This document shows positions 15,091 to 29,959 of a stretch of DNA of 64,000 bases, piece by piece. The translations under genes and the position numbers were made by a program. Under the pieces are notes generated by a model that was given only the letters and a program-made list of their open reading frames with translations, was not told the origin of the DNA and did no database searches. The DNA comes from Bugula neritina (Eukaryota; Animalia; Bryozoa): contig OZ037772.1 of assembly GCA_964035545.1 (NCBI GenBank), positions 5,708,233-5,772,232 on the forward strand. Direction: 5' to 3'. How positions within the stretch are numbered: position 1 is the first letter of the stretch; each line of letters opens with the position of its first letter.

Positions 15091-17217
15091 AAAATGGCTA
15101 AAAACTGCAGATTTCCAGTGTGTACGAAATTGAATAAAAGGACTCAATCACCTTTGCAACATAATTCAATAATTGCATGGTCAAGCAGAATAAACTACAA
15201 TTAACAGCAACAACAGTGTAATAGTTGCGTAGAAAAGTTGTACTGCAAAAAACTAAAAGAATGCAAAATCTATAAATGTGTGCTACCAAGTAAATGCTGA
15301 ACAGACATCATGAAATAGTGTACGAAATACAAACTATTAAACTTACCTGTTGATCTAATGCAGCCAAAACCTTAAGCTTAGAGTAGTGGAATAGTGCTGT
15401 TCGATGGTGATATGCTACAAGTAGCTAAGATGACTCAAATTCTTGCCTTTAGGAGTAAGAGGCCTCAGCTCAGTTTCAACAAAACTTCCAATAATCTCAA
15501 CGGATGCGCTCAATTAGGAGCCACAACAAAGCACACCCATGTCATTTTAGTAAACTCTAAAAAATGAACGGAAATAAAACTGTTAGAGAGTAAACAGAGA
15601 AACATATAGTGATGGGGGAAAAACCTGTCAGCAAAGGTTATATACACTCACAGTCATAACACGAAGAAAAAGATAATGAATAACAAGCTATTCAAGATGA
15701 CACAAGAAACCAAACAAATTTCTTTGACTAAAAAATATAATTAAATACTATATTACTTGGCAAAAAATATTTGTTTTGAACAACGTATTATTGGGAAGAA
15801 TTGCCAGTGTCTTAAATTTTGAGATTAAAGTTTCTGCCTTATAGCCGAAATAGAGAGGCAATCAATAGTGTACAAAACATGTTTTCAGTCATTGGCTGTT
15901 GACTAAATTGACAAAGGTAAAGAAAGCTTCCATATCATTATTTATTTTGTTCTCAAGTGTGTGGTTACAGTTTCATGAGTCAGAAATATAATTATTTGAG
16001 ATATGAAATCAAATGTAGTCAAAAGAGTGTCATACAATTTAAAATGTAGTAATAGAGCTTTGACAATAATTTCTTCTGCTAAGTAAAACAGGTACCATTA
16101 TGTGCTACTTATCTTTTAGAGATGAACATCAAGGATGTTGAAAACAAAATAGTTGTAAATTACAGCAAATACCTTTCTACTTACCTAACCAGAGAAATTA
16201 AGTTTTCAACCTTGCATGCACTCAGCTGGTTTTCAATGTTTGGATCAGTGACATCTTTATAACTGATAGCAGCATTATGTGATAGCTTTAGGAATTGTTA
16301 CCTTAAATCTAAATTATATAGAACAAGAAGTGCAAAAATATGGCATTAGTACTCATTGCACAAAACACACTTGCTAGAGTAGCTAATCTAGCATCACATT
16401 AATTTAAGAAAGACAAAATTTTATTACTGTTCACAAATGATGAATATTAAAATTTGAATAATTAGACAAATTAACAATGATATTGATGTTAGTTCAAACA
16501 TTACTAATGGTAAACACCAAAATACTAATAGGAATAGTCATGTTAACATCAATTAGAAAAGTAAAGATAATTTGAAAATGAGACAGTTTATAGGTCTAAC
16601 TCTTATAGTTGACAAGCAATTACAGGGCAGTCATATTGATGTAGGCTACCCTCAAAATGTAGCACTTTAAAAATATTAAAAAGACAGCACATATAAGAAC
16701 ATAATCTTAAAAATAGGCATATGTGACACCTATATTTTGATTAACAAAAAAATCTTCTTCACTTTATTAATCTAGCTCATATAATGGTATTCTGTTTTAG
16801 TATGTTATTTTAATACTTGAAATCTAATCAGCTACAGAAAAGTACTTCAATTCAAAGGCCTTCATAATTATTCTTTAGTTTGCTATTTAAATAGACAGTA
16901 AGGTTGATGAATAAAATAAAAGTTAGTAAAGTAAAAACTAAATAAATTGAGAATAATATCTCCACTCTAAGGTTATAATCCTTATAAATTAACATTTTAA
17001 TACTCCTGTTATCCTTAGGTATAGTTGTTAGCAATTTAACTATGAGCTCGAAGCCAAATGTCAGTATCAGCATCCCCATTACATTGACTAAGACTGACTT
17101 TATAACCCTCAAGCTGTGGCACTCAATTTCTGTAAGTAGTAACTAATAACAAATATAAAATTATTTATTTGCTACTGATAGTGATAATAATAATAATAAT
17201 AATTAAAAATAATAATA

Positions 17218-20180
17218 TGATCCATAAAAATAGAACTAATAAAGCCAACCAACGACGTTAATGGTATGTCTAACTAAACATGGCATGTCTCGTCTGGCAG
17301 TGGGTATGTGGAGGACCAGGCAACCTACGGCGGTCAACCCGTTACTGGCACAACTAGAAGAAGATACTCAAGAGAAGACAACAAAGTTGTCATGGAATGC
17401 TACTTCAAAAGTACACCCAAATTGAGAGGTTATAGAAAGACAATGTATGAGCTCTGTAGACCCGGATCAAAGAATTATTTAAAAAGAATATGCAAACGCT
17501 GGAAAAAAGAAGAGAGTTTAACATCAGCGAATAGAGACTAGCGGATTAAGCAAGAACTATGAAGAAACACAAGTATTTTATGGAAGAAGAACTCCATAAG
17601 ATTGAAGAAGGAACCTTGCAAGAACTAGGCACATCAATTGGTGAAGAAGATAATGAAGAGCTAAATTTGCAAATAGAGGATGTTATAGTACAACATGAGA
17701 TAGCATATAAATCAGCCATGAGAATTTTAAGAGTACCTAGTTCAGAGGTAGAAAAAGTGTTAGTAGAAAAATTATAAATGAGCATAACAAACTATCTAAT
17801 GATCGACCAACACTAAGAGCCCTTAGGCACATTGAGAGGGTCAAATTACTACAGGCAGTAAAACAGATTATTGATGTGCTAAACTGTGTTGAGATTATTA
17901 ATACCATTGAGCTTAATAACACCACTATGGCTTGTGCGAAAAATAGTAACAGAACAAGTGTGTAACAAAAAGGAAAAAGAAAAACTGACAATGTACAAGT
18001 ATGGAAAATACGACTGCAGAAGAAACAAAAAGAAATTAGATCAGACTTAAGTAAAATAGCAGAGTGAAAAAGTAGAGCTTACAATGATTCATTGAGAAGA
18101 ATGGTTGAAAAAAAATATAGGATAAAGAACAAAGAGTGTGGTGTAGTGATTGAAAAACTGAAGCAAAACCTGAGAGCTGTAAGCCAGAAGATAAACAGAT
18201 ATACAGAATGAGTTGATCAATATAATCAGAACACAATGTTTACAATGATAAGCGCTTTCATCAAGAATTACGAGGAAATGAATGTACATCTAAAGAGGCA
18301 CCTGACAAGGAAATCAAAAGCATTCTGATAAAATATATGGGGTCAGCCAACTAAAAATAATACCAATGCAGAATGACTAAATAAAGTTAGCAACAAATTG
18401 GAGCATATGTAAAGACAAGGAAATTAGATCTTAGAAACGATGCAAACAACTGGAATAGCAATTAATGTCATAAAGTTGATAAGAAAAAGCATGAAACCTG
18501 GAAAACACAACTGAAATACCTGGAAGAAAAAATAGGAGAAATAAAGATCAAACTAAGAGTTTTCCAAGGAGACTTTTTATCTCTATCCCTTTTCTCCAAC
18601 TACCGATTCGCATGACAGAAGCGGCTCAATGATGCAAATTTCGACGAGACAGAAAACAAACCATCTCCTATATGTGGATGACCTGAAGGTAAATAGGAAA
18701 TCAAAGTGGGAACTGGAAGCTTTGGTAAACACTGCCGGGATCTTCACAAGGAATATAGAAATGAAATTTGGATTAAAAAATGTGCCACACTGGTTATGAG
18801 AAAGGGAAAGAAAATCAAGGACACAGGAATCAGTTTGCCTGATGAACAGGTAATCAAAGATCTGGGTGAGAAGCCGTATAAATATCTAGGAGTTCTTGAG
18901 ATTGATAGAATACAAATATATGAAATGAAAAATAAGATCAAGGAGTACTACAAACAAATAAGAAAAGTTCTGGATTCAAAACTGAATGGTGAGAACACAA
19001 TCAAAGCAATAAACACATGGGCAGTAACAGCAGTGCATTACACAGCTAGAATACTTGACTGAACTGTTTCATGAGCTAAAAAATATGGACTGAAAGACAA
19101 GGAAGCTAATGACAACAAACCGTGCACCCTATCCGAGAGCAGATGTAGGCAGGCTGTATTTTAGCAGAAGGGAAGGCGGTAGAAGAATGTTGTCAACTGA
19201 AAAATGCATAAAGATTGAAAACTGCAGCATGTCAGACTACATAGATAAAACATAGACTGATAGAAACACCACACTGAATACCTTCCTAAAAGACAAAACG
19301 GCGGTAGAACTAAATAATGATAAAGTGATAGAAAGAACTGATGAGTGTAAAGAAAAGCTTCACGTGGTCAATACATCAAAATGGTGGAAGACATAAAAGC
19401 ATTTTCCTGGAACTGGTTGAAGTATGGTTGGCTGAAAAAGGAAACAGAAGGACTGCTGACAGCTGCGCAAAATCAACTATTCACTACTAGAAATTATAAA
19501 GTGGCTATGATGAGAGAACAGGGTAGCAAGAAGTGTGGAATGTGTAACGCAAGAGACAAAACTTCGATGCACGTATTGAGTGAGTTTGAGAAGGTAGCAG
19601 AAGGAGAATATAAGAAAAAACACAACCTTTTGGCATTGATAATTTCAATAGTAGTTGTGTGAACTTCGTGGGTTTCAGAAAAGTAAGAATTGGTACGGCC
19701 ATCAAGCAGAATAAGTACTGGAAAATGATAATGTGAAAACCTTGTAAGGTTTAACATACACACTGACGTAGTCATCAAAGTTAGGAGACCCGATATATTA
19801 GTAGTTGACAAGCATAATGCTGAAACAACGATAATTGATATCACAGTCCCTGTTAACTACAGAGTAAAAGAAAAAAATTCGAAAAGTTAGGAAAATATCA
19901 GAATTTAGCACTAGAATAAACCCGCCTTTGGAAAACATCAAAAAAGTCATCCCGTTGTAACTGGAGCCTTTGGAGCTTTATACAAGATTGTAGACTGGCT
20001 GACACTACTTGGAGTAGCTGAAAACAAATGCTCATTAATTCAGCAGACACCCTTACTAGGATCAGGATAAGCTCACATCCTGAGGAAAGTTCTAGCCATT
20101 TCAGCCTAGTATAATTAGGCCAATGGTAAAAGGTTGCACCAGCTAAAAAACTACGGTCAATCAACAATAATAATAATAAT
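17218..20180 (+). mobile_element. Decayed non-LTR retrotransposon, R4/Dong-like (RT plus C-terminal restriction-like endonuclease)
   Basis: N-terminal RRRYSREDNKVVMECYF; RT motifs FQGD (~18561), NHLLYVDDLK (~18660), YKYLGV; zinc knuckle CGMC...H (~19534); RPDI...IIDITVP (~19785). Many stops and frameshifts; the N-terminal half of RT appears deleted. (TAA)n on both flanks. Confidence 0.85.
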
Positions 20181-20199
20181 AGTGCAGTTGGTTCTATTA

Positions 20200-21251
20200 T
20201 TAGATTAGCATATCGATTATGACTTTTCGATTGCCACCCTGATACTATGAGTAAAATGTACAAGCATACGTGAAAGTATAGATATGATCATAAGTATAAA
20301 AATAGGTATAAGTATAAATATAAATATAGGTACAAGTATAAAACGAATGATTATATTATTAATAATATTAGTCAGTGATACCTATAACCGTAATGGTTTT
20401 TAGACTTACAGTTATCATTAACATTAGCTGAGTAATATGATTAGTTAAAATAATGGTATTCATTATTATATCATAGTTATAAGTTATAACTCTAGTCTCT
20501 AAAGAGCAACAGCAAGTGTAATTGGGATATTCATATTAAATTTCATATTCACATAGTGCAATGTTTATGTTATGAACTAATTTATTCCTTCAACATTTAA
20601 CTATAAATATGATTAACACTAACTTTGACCAGCAGTATTACTAAAAGAAGCGTATTACACATATAAGATAATAAAATTCTAGTAGTAGGACTAATAGTAT
20701 TACTAGGTCCAGTATTATTCTTGTTATCTTATTCATCATTCATGAGTTATCAAATTTAAAATTACTACTTATTAGCATCAGCATATAAAAAGTAAGATCA
20801 TTAGGAATAATTATCATGAGGTATGGTCTATGATTTGCATTATCCATATATAGTTTAATATCAATATGGTATATTATTATTGCTGATAGTCTATGTTATA
20901 GTTAAATTTATACTTATCTTTACAGTTACCTATAGTAGCACTTATTAGTTATTTGTGGTAGCCAAACTAATGTTTAATATTAATAAATTAAACTGAGTAT
21001 CATAAAAGTGTTACTAAGAATTTTAATTATAATCGTAATGGTGATCATATTACTTTATTATAATTATTATATTTTATCATTAATGCTAAACTGAGTTAAT
21101 GTATATACTTTGAGTTTTACTATTACTGATTATATTTACACTTATAGTAAAACTAAATATGTAAAAGTTATACTTATACTATTATTATTCGTATTACTAC
21201 TACCACTGATACTAGTACTACAACTAGTACTAGTACTGCTACTAGTACTAG

Positions 21252-21283
<32 letters not shown>

Positions 21284-24200
21284 ATAGTACTGTTACTACT
21301 ACTACTACTAGTACTACTACTAGGTCTACTACTGTACCAGTACAACTACAAACTTTGAAAATAACTGCAAGAAAGGTATGACTTACTCTTTTTCTTAGTC
21401 TTACTGTGACTCTCAGTCGTAATGTAAAATAAAATTGTAAACTGTAAAGTTAAACCCAAGGCTGAAATTTATTTAATTAAATTTAGACAATCTGAATCAT
21501 TGGCTCAATCCTTGAGTTTGACTATTACTATTATTATTAGTGTTACGATTGTGATTATCATTGGCATTATGCCATTATCATTATGATTGTAATTGTGGTA
21601 ATTCTAACATTAATTATAATCATAAATTAAAAGGTAATGATTAATGATAATTATTTTCATTTTGTAATCATAATGATGATCATAATGATGTAAATTTTGA
21701 TGTAAAACCAAAATACTAAAACTAAAAGTAAAAGTTATAAAATTAAATGATAAAATATTATAATGATAATTATTATATTTATTATATTATTATTGAATAT
21801 ATTATTTCATTAGAAAATAGGTTGCAGCTTAGCATGATTAAAATTCAGTAAAAATTACTTTACCAACAGCAAACATGCATGCGTCTTGTCAACATTCAAT
21901 TCGTAGTGTCATAGCGAAGCCAGATTACTGGTAGTACGACTACTAGAACTACTACTACTAGTGATGGATTACAGATCCTTGGCGATTTTAGCTGTGAGTG
22001 ACCTTCACCTCACATTCTCGTCATGTGCGCGGCATTAGACTAAGTAGAGGGTATGAAGCACTGAGCTGGAAAAGAAAGAATATATTTTAATTATAGGTAA
22101 TACTAATAGTAATATAATTTATGGTAATATATAGGTAATATTATTGAGTTCATTGGTATGGAGTATAGACCTATCACTGATAGTATCAGTATCAACTACC
22201 ACTTACGTACTACTTCAACTTATAACTTACCTTCAACTCAAACTCAAACTGAAACTGCTTGGAATCATTTGTCTTTGATCATATTGGCATTGTCATTGTG
22301 ATTGTAATAACTATTAATATTTTTAGTTCAACATCAATGCCGAACATATTGTAATAACTAATAAGATAATCATAAGGTTGATATATTTTGCTAATACTAA
22401 TACTAATACTAATAGTTATAGTAATAGTTATAGTAATTCAGTGTCACTCTCACTCTGGTGGAGTGAGACTCAGACTTAGAGTTAGAGACAGAGTGAGTCC
22501 GAGTAAGTCTGAGTGTTGGTAATAGTAATAGTCATATAAATTTAAATTATATTTACTTATTTCTAGCAATCACAATGGCAATAGTTATAGTAACTTTCAC
22601 TTACTCTTAAATCATTGAACCTGACTAAAAGTAAAATTAAGCATTATGATTATCATTATGATTATACCTATGATTTTATTATGTTTAAATTAAAAATCAA
22701 TATCATGATAATATCATAGTGATAGACATATTATTGATAAATGATAATATAAAAGTAATTTGATAAATTATACATTGATTTTGAATTAAGGTGATACTGA
22801 TACTAGACCGGTACTGAAAGTGATAGTAATACTAATAGTAATAGTAATAGTCATACAAATTTAAGTTATATTTACTCATTACCAGCAATCACAATGGCAA
22901 TGGTAACTTAAACTGTAACAGTAATGGTATGGGTATGTTTGAAATTGTCACTATCAGTATTGCTATGAATCAAAATATAATGCTATCATACCAATAATTT
23001 AAAATAATATTACAAAGCTTCAGTAGCAACTTTTACTTGTACCAGTTTGGAATTTTGAATTATACATATTCTTAGTTAAAGTCTTCAAGTTTATTGTCAA
23101 AATGAACTTGAAATTAAAGACTTAGTAGAAAAAATTAAACTAAGACTGACTGTAAGTGACTAAGATTAAAAATAAGTAATTTTAAATATCGATTTAGTAT
23201 TTTTCTTACTCTTTGTCTTAAAATTGACTTTTATTTTGCACCTACTCCTGGTCAATAATTCTTTTTTCTATTTATATTACTATTGCTATTAGTATAATTG
23301 ACTTAAATTTAATAATAGATATGATTATATCTTTATAAATGTGATATTTGATTTTATGAATAGTAATTCGAAAACTCTTTGGTATTATTTATTTTTGATC
23401 ATTGTAGTTATTATCATTATATTTGTATAATAATTATGATTATCAAATTCAATATCGATATTTGTATTATGGTATGGATATCTGCCTCCATCCCATGTTC
23501 TGTTTTGCAGTGCCTTTTTACATTCACGTCTAGGTTCACATTGCGATGGTCATACTGATAGCACTTGGGGACAGTGATGAGCATAATGATTATCACTAAT
23601 ATTAGGATTATCGTTATTAGGATTTAGAATAATTTAATAAACAAGCAACTTAAAACAAATGTTTTTACTAATATACATATTAATTGCTAATATAAATATA
23701 CTACTATGAATATTATAATTATTATACTTTACAATTCAAAGTAAGATAATCATAATACGAACTGGTAAAACTAAATATAAAGTAAATGTAATAATACTAA
23801 TAGTAGTTATCCATTCCCCTTTGGTTTCACATACTAATAATTGGAAACCTCTGTCCTAATATTATTTCTATTAATATTGCTCAAAGTTTGATCCCTATTT
23901 AATTTTATAGTTCACTCACCAGCTACATAATTTTATTAAAATACATGTGGTATTGGTTATAGTACTTGTGAAACTTGAAGTTGAATAGCATGCTTATTAC
24001 TCACTGCTCTTTGCTTACATTATTAGGGTTACTCTTTAGTCTTAGAGATACCCTAACATAAACTTGAAAGCTGGAGGTAGTACTAGTCTAGTGCTGTGTT
24101 AATCCTACACTGTTGACTTATCAACACTGTGACTATAATTATGACTCCTAAGTCAAAGTCATTTTCATATAGTAGTAATCACTATGACAGACTGAAAGTC

Positions 24201-24990
24201 AGGAAGACTAAATATAATGGTAAAGTGTGTAAGAATAAATCATACTTAATCAATTACTTTTAGTTTTGTTACCAGTGTTGGGTCAACTTTCAGAATAAAG
24301 AATAAATATAATTATAAAGATAAATGAATAAAAATTCCAATCATGGTTTAATGTGCCTATTTTAAGCTGTTAATTTAATTACTATAATATAAGTGCTCAA
24401 AATACAACTTTTGATTTTCATAATTATGTTTTAATTTAATACAGATACCATAGTATCATATACAGTAGAATCAGTTGTATCTTATTTAATAATGAAGTAA
24501 CTTATTGGAGCTTTCACATTTATTAATTATTTACTTGTTAGTCTTTGAACTAGGACAATGTTAGAAACTTGAAGTAGAATGAAGTTTGATTTCAGTTACC
24601 GCAATGGTATCTGCAGTCACAATAGGAATACGCATATAACTATGTTTATATTTGTGAAAAATATATAGTCAAAACTAGATAAGGTAATAGTAATTATAAT
24701 TGGTTTCACTTTTAATATATTCCTATAAACTGGAAAATAGACAGAAGCATTTAATCATGAAAGTAAACCTAGTGGAAGTAAATCAATTCACTAAGTATAG
24801 TAAAATATTTACTATTCAGTAAGTTTATTTACTTTAGTTAATTGTACTTGATTATTTCTGTCGGTTTTTCAGTTGATTTTTCTACCTTTTGCTATAGCAT
24901 ATCAAACTACCACAAAGTCATGCTTCCGTATTACAATTCTAAACATAGTGTTACTGTGTAATGTTATAGTAATGTAATAGTAATATTTGG
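20200..24990. repeat. Long degenerate simple-sequence tract with 3/6-bp periodicity, including (CTA)n at ~21150-21350
   Basis: Runs such as AGTAATAGTAAT, TACTACTAC, ATTATCATT, ACTCAAACTCAA throughout; similar texture at ~16450-17215. Confidence 0.7.
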
Positions 24991-25884
24991 ATCATTGTAA
25001 GTATTTCTGTTGTTGTACTGATTGATAAATATTTTTTAGCTTGCATGGATATTTGCAACGATCAAGATGTCATTTGAACCTGGACTGGAATAAAGATGGC
25101 AAATGGAGAAGCTAGCTACAATTATTCTGCAGAAAGAAACTTGGTAAGCAAAAATAAGCTGCAGCATTAAGCAGTAAGCAATATGACGATGAACTTTGCT
25201 TGATTTTGATTGACCTTAAAATATCTGGTCACCTTTCACCAACGTGGTCCTGCGCGGGTGGCGGGTGACCTTAAAATGTCTGTTGCACTTAAAATAAATT
25301 TTGTGACAGTCAAAAGTATGCTGATCTTTTTCGTATTTCAGTGCATCGGTGTCTTAGCTTAAGAGCTGAACCCAACAATTATGATCTAAAGCTGCTTTTT
25401 ACTAGAAAGTGATTTTACTGTCTTTCTGATTATTCTTGGTTTTTCAGCTTGATGAATTGAATAAATGGATTTGATTTCGGGTATTATGTAATGGATGAAA
25501 GAATTTTTTCTTAAATTTGTACTGAGCAATTTTTGCTATTGCTATGATGTTTAGTGATAAAATTGCACCCTTAATAACCCTGAAAACTTTCATTACTAGC
25601 ATTTGTTTATGTTCATTTTTAGGAAATTAAAATGAAGACACAACTCACCGATGCTATCTCACTGTGCCTGCATGCAGTTTATCTAAAAAGGTACTCCTAT
25701 TAGCTGGCTCTTGCCCAATACCTGGTTGTCTCTGTAACTATTTTTTGCTCGCAGATGAGTTTTTTGAACTTGACATTTTATTGATTTTGAAATTTATAGT
25801 GAGCTTTGAACTTGCTAGCATCGTTTTTAAAGACTTGCTGCAGTTTTTATCAACATTTTTTAAGTCAATGGTGTTAGTTTGGAA

Positions 25885-26187
25885 GCTCTCTCACTCCTCT
25901 CTCTGTCTCTTTCTCCCACACCTTCCACTCAACCTCTCTCTCTTTCTCTCCCTCTCTCCCACCCTCCCTCTCTCCCACCCTCCCTCTCTCCCACCCTCTG
26001 TCTCTCCCACCTTCTCTCTCTCCCACTCTCCGTCTCTCCCACCTTCTCTCTCTCCTAACCTTTCTTTCTTCCCTTTTCCACTATCTCTCTGACTCTCTCC
26101 CTTTCTCTCTTCTACCCCATCTCTCTTCCATCCTCTCTCCTAACCTTTCTCTCCCACCCCCCCCTCTCCCACTCTCTTTCTCTCTCT
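25885..26187. repeat. CT-rich polypyrimidine minisatellite (CTCTCTCCCACC-like units)
   Basis: Directly visible. Confidence 0.9.
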
Positions 26188-29100
26188 AGTTTGCATGGCT
26201 TTACCCAATTTTGGTTTATTTTTTTATTTTGTTTCAGAGTATCCAAAAGGAAAGCTGAAATTTATTTAATATATATTATACCAACTTGAGCTTTACATAT
26301 AATATCAAATAAATGCTGTGTTTTGTTAAAACAATGTTTGCAACTTTGTAGTATATTCAAACTCATAATTTATTTGTAGAGTCACACAACAAGACACTAC
26401 TCTGACACACTCCCAAGTTGCCACTGATCCAGCAGTATAGATGATTGTTTTCTCCACTGGCTATGCTGTCACACTTTACTGTTGTGCTGTTTGAAACAAA
26501 CCAATTGTTTGCCTACGCAGATTAGGGTGAGAAAAAAAGTGAGAAACGAAAGCTGTTTTTAATACCAACTACACTTAGTTTTTATTGAATGAAAAACAAA
26601 GTGAAATCATTAGTTATCCGTTAAATGACTAAATCATTGTTTATAAAGATGAAACACAAATAATCTTATAATATGCTAATGAAATTTGGCTTTCAAATAG
26701 CTTTTTTCTGTATATTTGTTGAGGAAGTTTATCTTCAACAAAACTTCGTAGCTGTTGAATATGTGGGGAGTATTTTATATTGCATAAATTTATAGAGTAA
26801 AAGGTTCTCATCAAACTTTTACAACTTAGCTCATCGACGGTTTAAAAGTGTGAGTCACCCTTCACACTAGAGTTTTATAAAGTTTTAATGAATGTGCAGT
26901 ATTTTATAAAATATTGTGTGTCTCGTAAATTTAGCTATTTCTACCTTTTCAGTGAGATTGGAGTAAACACACCTCAAAATTCACATTCACCGTTTATTGA
27001 TGGGTTAAATTACACGAAAATATTGTCTCTTTCTTTTTAGTTTCACCTAAAGTATTACATACTATTGATGGAGGCTTTGCTGAAGTTTTTGGGTGATGAT
27101 TTGTCAATAATTTTCCAGAGAAGATGATGCCACGGTGGCTGGCATCATTATGCAGTTTCCAAATTTCTTTCGGCTTTGCTCTAGTGAAAATGTTGGAAAA
27201 CAATCAACAAAAAGGTTTGTACCATAAACGAAGTTATTGTGTGCGTGTTGTCAAAGCATAAAGTGTGCTGGAAATTTTTGGGTTTCTGTTGAGATGCGTT
27301 TTTGCTTTTCCTGCATGAAAAAAGTTCCAGTTTCAGTTAATATCACTAGCGGAGTGCCCACCTATATTTTAAATCATATTGATGCATAAGTTCTTTTTGT
27401 AATATTAAAAGTATAACTTGCTTAATTGCTATTCAATGCCCTTTGAAGTTTCCAACTGTAATTAATTAGTTGATTTGGCAGCATAGTATCGATGATTGAT
27501 GAAGGCAGCCGATATAATTATAAGCATAAATATCTATATCTACATGAAGATGTCATTCCCAATGATTGTTATTCTGAAATCAGCTGATTAAGTTATCACA
27601 AACTAAACATTTTGACCAGCGGCTTGCAATGCAACTCGGTGAAATTTCAGACCTAGATGAATTGAATTTCTTACTGAAAATCGTGAAGGTATTAAAGTTT
27701 AAAGTGAAAGTTTAAAGGGTCATCTCTCTGCGAATTCTAATAGCATGGTGCCAATTAGACTTGAAAAAATTTCAAGGCACTACAAAGCACTAAGCCCATT
27801 CTTACAAGTCGTTTCAAAGTGCACTGGAATTTCAGTTTACTTGTCATTGTATAGAATCCTGATCTACACTATATAGCATTCACTATTGCCTGCTTCTTCT
27901 AAGCATCTATAATGTATTAACTACAGTTTGCTTTGAGAAGTGAATTTCTACTTGGTATTTTTTCCTTATCGTTCTGTTGTTTGCCAGTAGTCTTAATTTA
28001 ATGGATTTTCCCTTTTCAAAAGTGGTTGTGACAATCAAACACATCATGCAGCCTGCAACTACACAATCAGTCAGTAATTTCTTCCATTAAAGTAGCTCTT
28101 CTGGTTACTCTTGCTCACCTAAAAGCCTGAGCCTCATTCAAATTGCAATTTTTTAGAGTTGTTAGTTTTTCATGCAGTCTTTCATTTTTTTGTTGTTAGG
28201 CACAAAATTAGTATTCACTAGACCTAATCTTTCATCTGCATGTATGCCTATTGTTTGTTCATTAAAGAAAAACCTCTGCTGAATATTGAACTAATAATGA
28301 AAATAAATTCCCTAAACTAAAAGTAGCAGCGTGATTTTGGTATTACAATTAGTTGTTAGCATAGAGTCAAGTTATTGACAGGAATTTTCAAATTGAAATG
28401 AATGAATTTCATTGTAAGTCAGCAAGATTTAGTCTAAGTAAACATAGCATTACATCGTGTTTTATTTAGCATTTGCAGAAGGCAACATATATTTTAAGGA
28501 TTATTGTAAACTTAAATGTAATTTTAAGTACTTTCCATGTTTGCTATTGTAGATGGTCTTGTTCTTTGGGATGGATGTGACAACTCCTTGTGTCAAGCTT
28601 AACTGATTGACTACTGAATCCCAATCATATGTTTTGCCAAAAAATGTGAAAATGGAGTGCATGTCTACTTTATTTGAGAAAATATTAAAAATACTTTTGA
28701 AACTTCATCTAGCCAAACAATACAACAGTTTCATTTCATTAAAAAATATCATTTGCACAAAAATGTATTATGTAATCGAACAATTTCTAGAAAAAAAGTG
28801 CTTTCCTCCAGTTTTGCTAATGAACTACATTTTTCATTATATGCTTGTCTTTATAATTTTATTAATTGTTTTTTCTGGTGAGTCAATTAAAGTCAATTCA
28901 ACCTAGAAAAGTCTGAATTTCAGACTTAATTTCAAGCTAGAATATTCACATTTTTAGGTCTGCGTTTGCAAACATTGTTGTGTTACTTTACTTTTTATAT
29001 TTTTTGAAATAAATATCTTTTTAGCTTGTGCCTATTCATGATTAGAATAGTATAATAATATTTAACTTTTCTTCAATTTCAATAGATGAAAATGTTGATC

Positions 29101-29364
29101 AGTTGGAGTATTCAGTTTAGCTGAATTTTACTTGCTTCTGCGAAAACAATCTTTTGGAGTTGTCTGCCCTCTCTTTAGGTGATTTTTTGACCTATGGTCA
29201 ACGCAATAATTATAACTTTTTAAAGATGCTTGTGAACCTAACAATATAGCATAACTATCAAACCACATTATTCAATATCTGCATAAAATTTAGCCGATAA
29301 GCTGCCACCCAATGAGCTTGAAAAGATATTAGAATTCTAGCTCAGTGCTGCCATCAATGTAGAT

Positions 29365-29424
29365 ATTTATAATGATATAAAGCCAAAACTCATTATTTAT
29401 AATGATATAAAGCCAAAACTCATT
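29365..29424. repeat. Perfect 30-bp tandem duplication
   Basis: ATTTATAATGATATAAAGCCAAAACTCATT twice. Confidence 0.9.
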
Positions 29425-29959
29425 TTTGCATGAAATTATCTAACCATTCCTGACAAAGAATCGAGATAATAAGTCCAAAGTTGGTCAGTTGAAACCACAG
29501 CAATAATACTTTAATCGTTATAATTGTCAGGTTTAATTTTATACCAAGCCCCAATAAGTACATATAACTATGACAACACAGCCTAAGCACCTCCAATGCA
29601 AGAAATTTAGTATTGTGGTGCTGCAAATCCTCCAGTTACAAATGAGTAGAGCTTTCATGATTATTGGTCTACCATAATGTTTATTTAGTTTTAAGGACTA
29701 GCATAAATGCTATTATATGCGGGAGGTATTTGAAAAGCTTCCAACTCCATCTTCAACTACGGGCTATTATAATTATGCCGATAAACGAGATACTACACTC
29801 AGACTGCCCTGTTATAGTACTATGATTGGCTACTGCAAAATTTTTGCCGATAGACAACATTTAATTATGATGTAATGTATCTCGTATTGGTACATAAATG
29901 TTATGTCTGAGGACGAGATACTGTGAAATTATGCCCTGTTTAAACGCCACCATACATAG

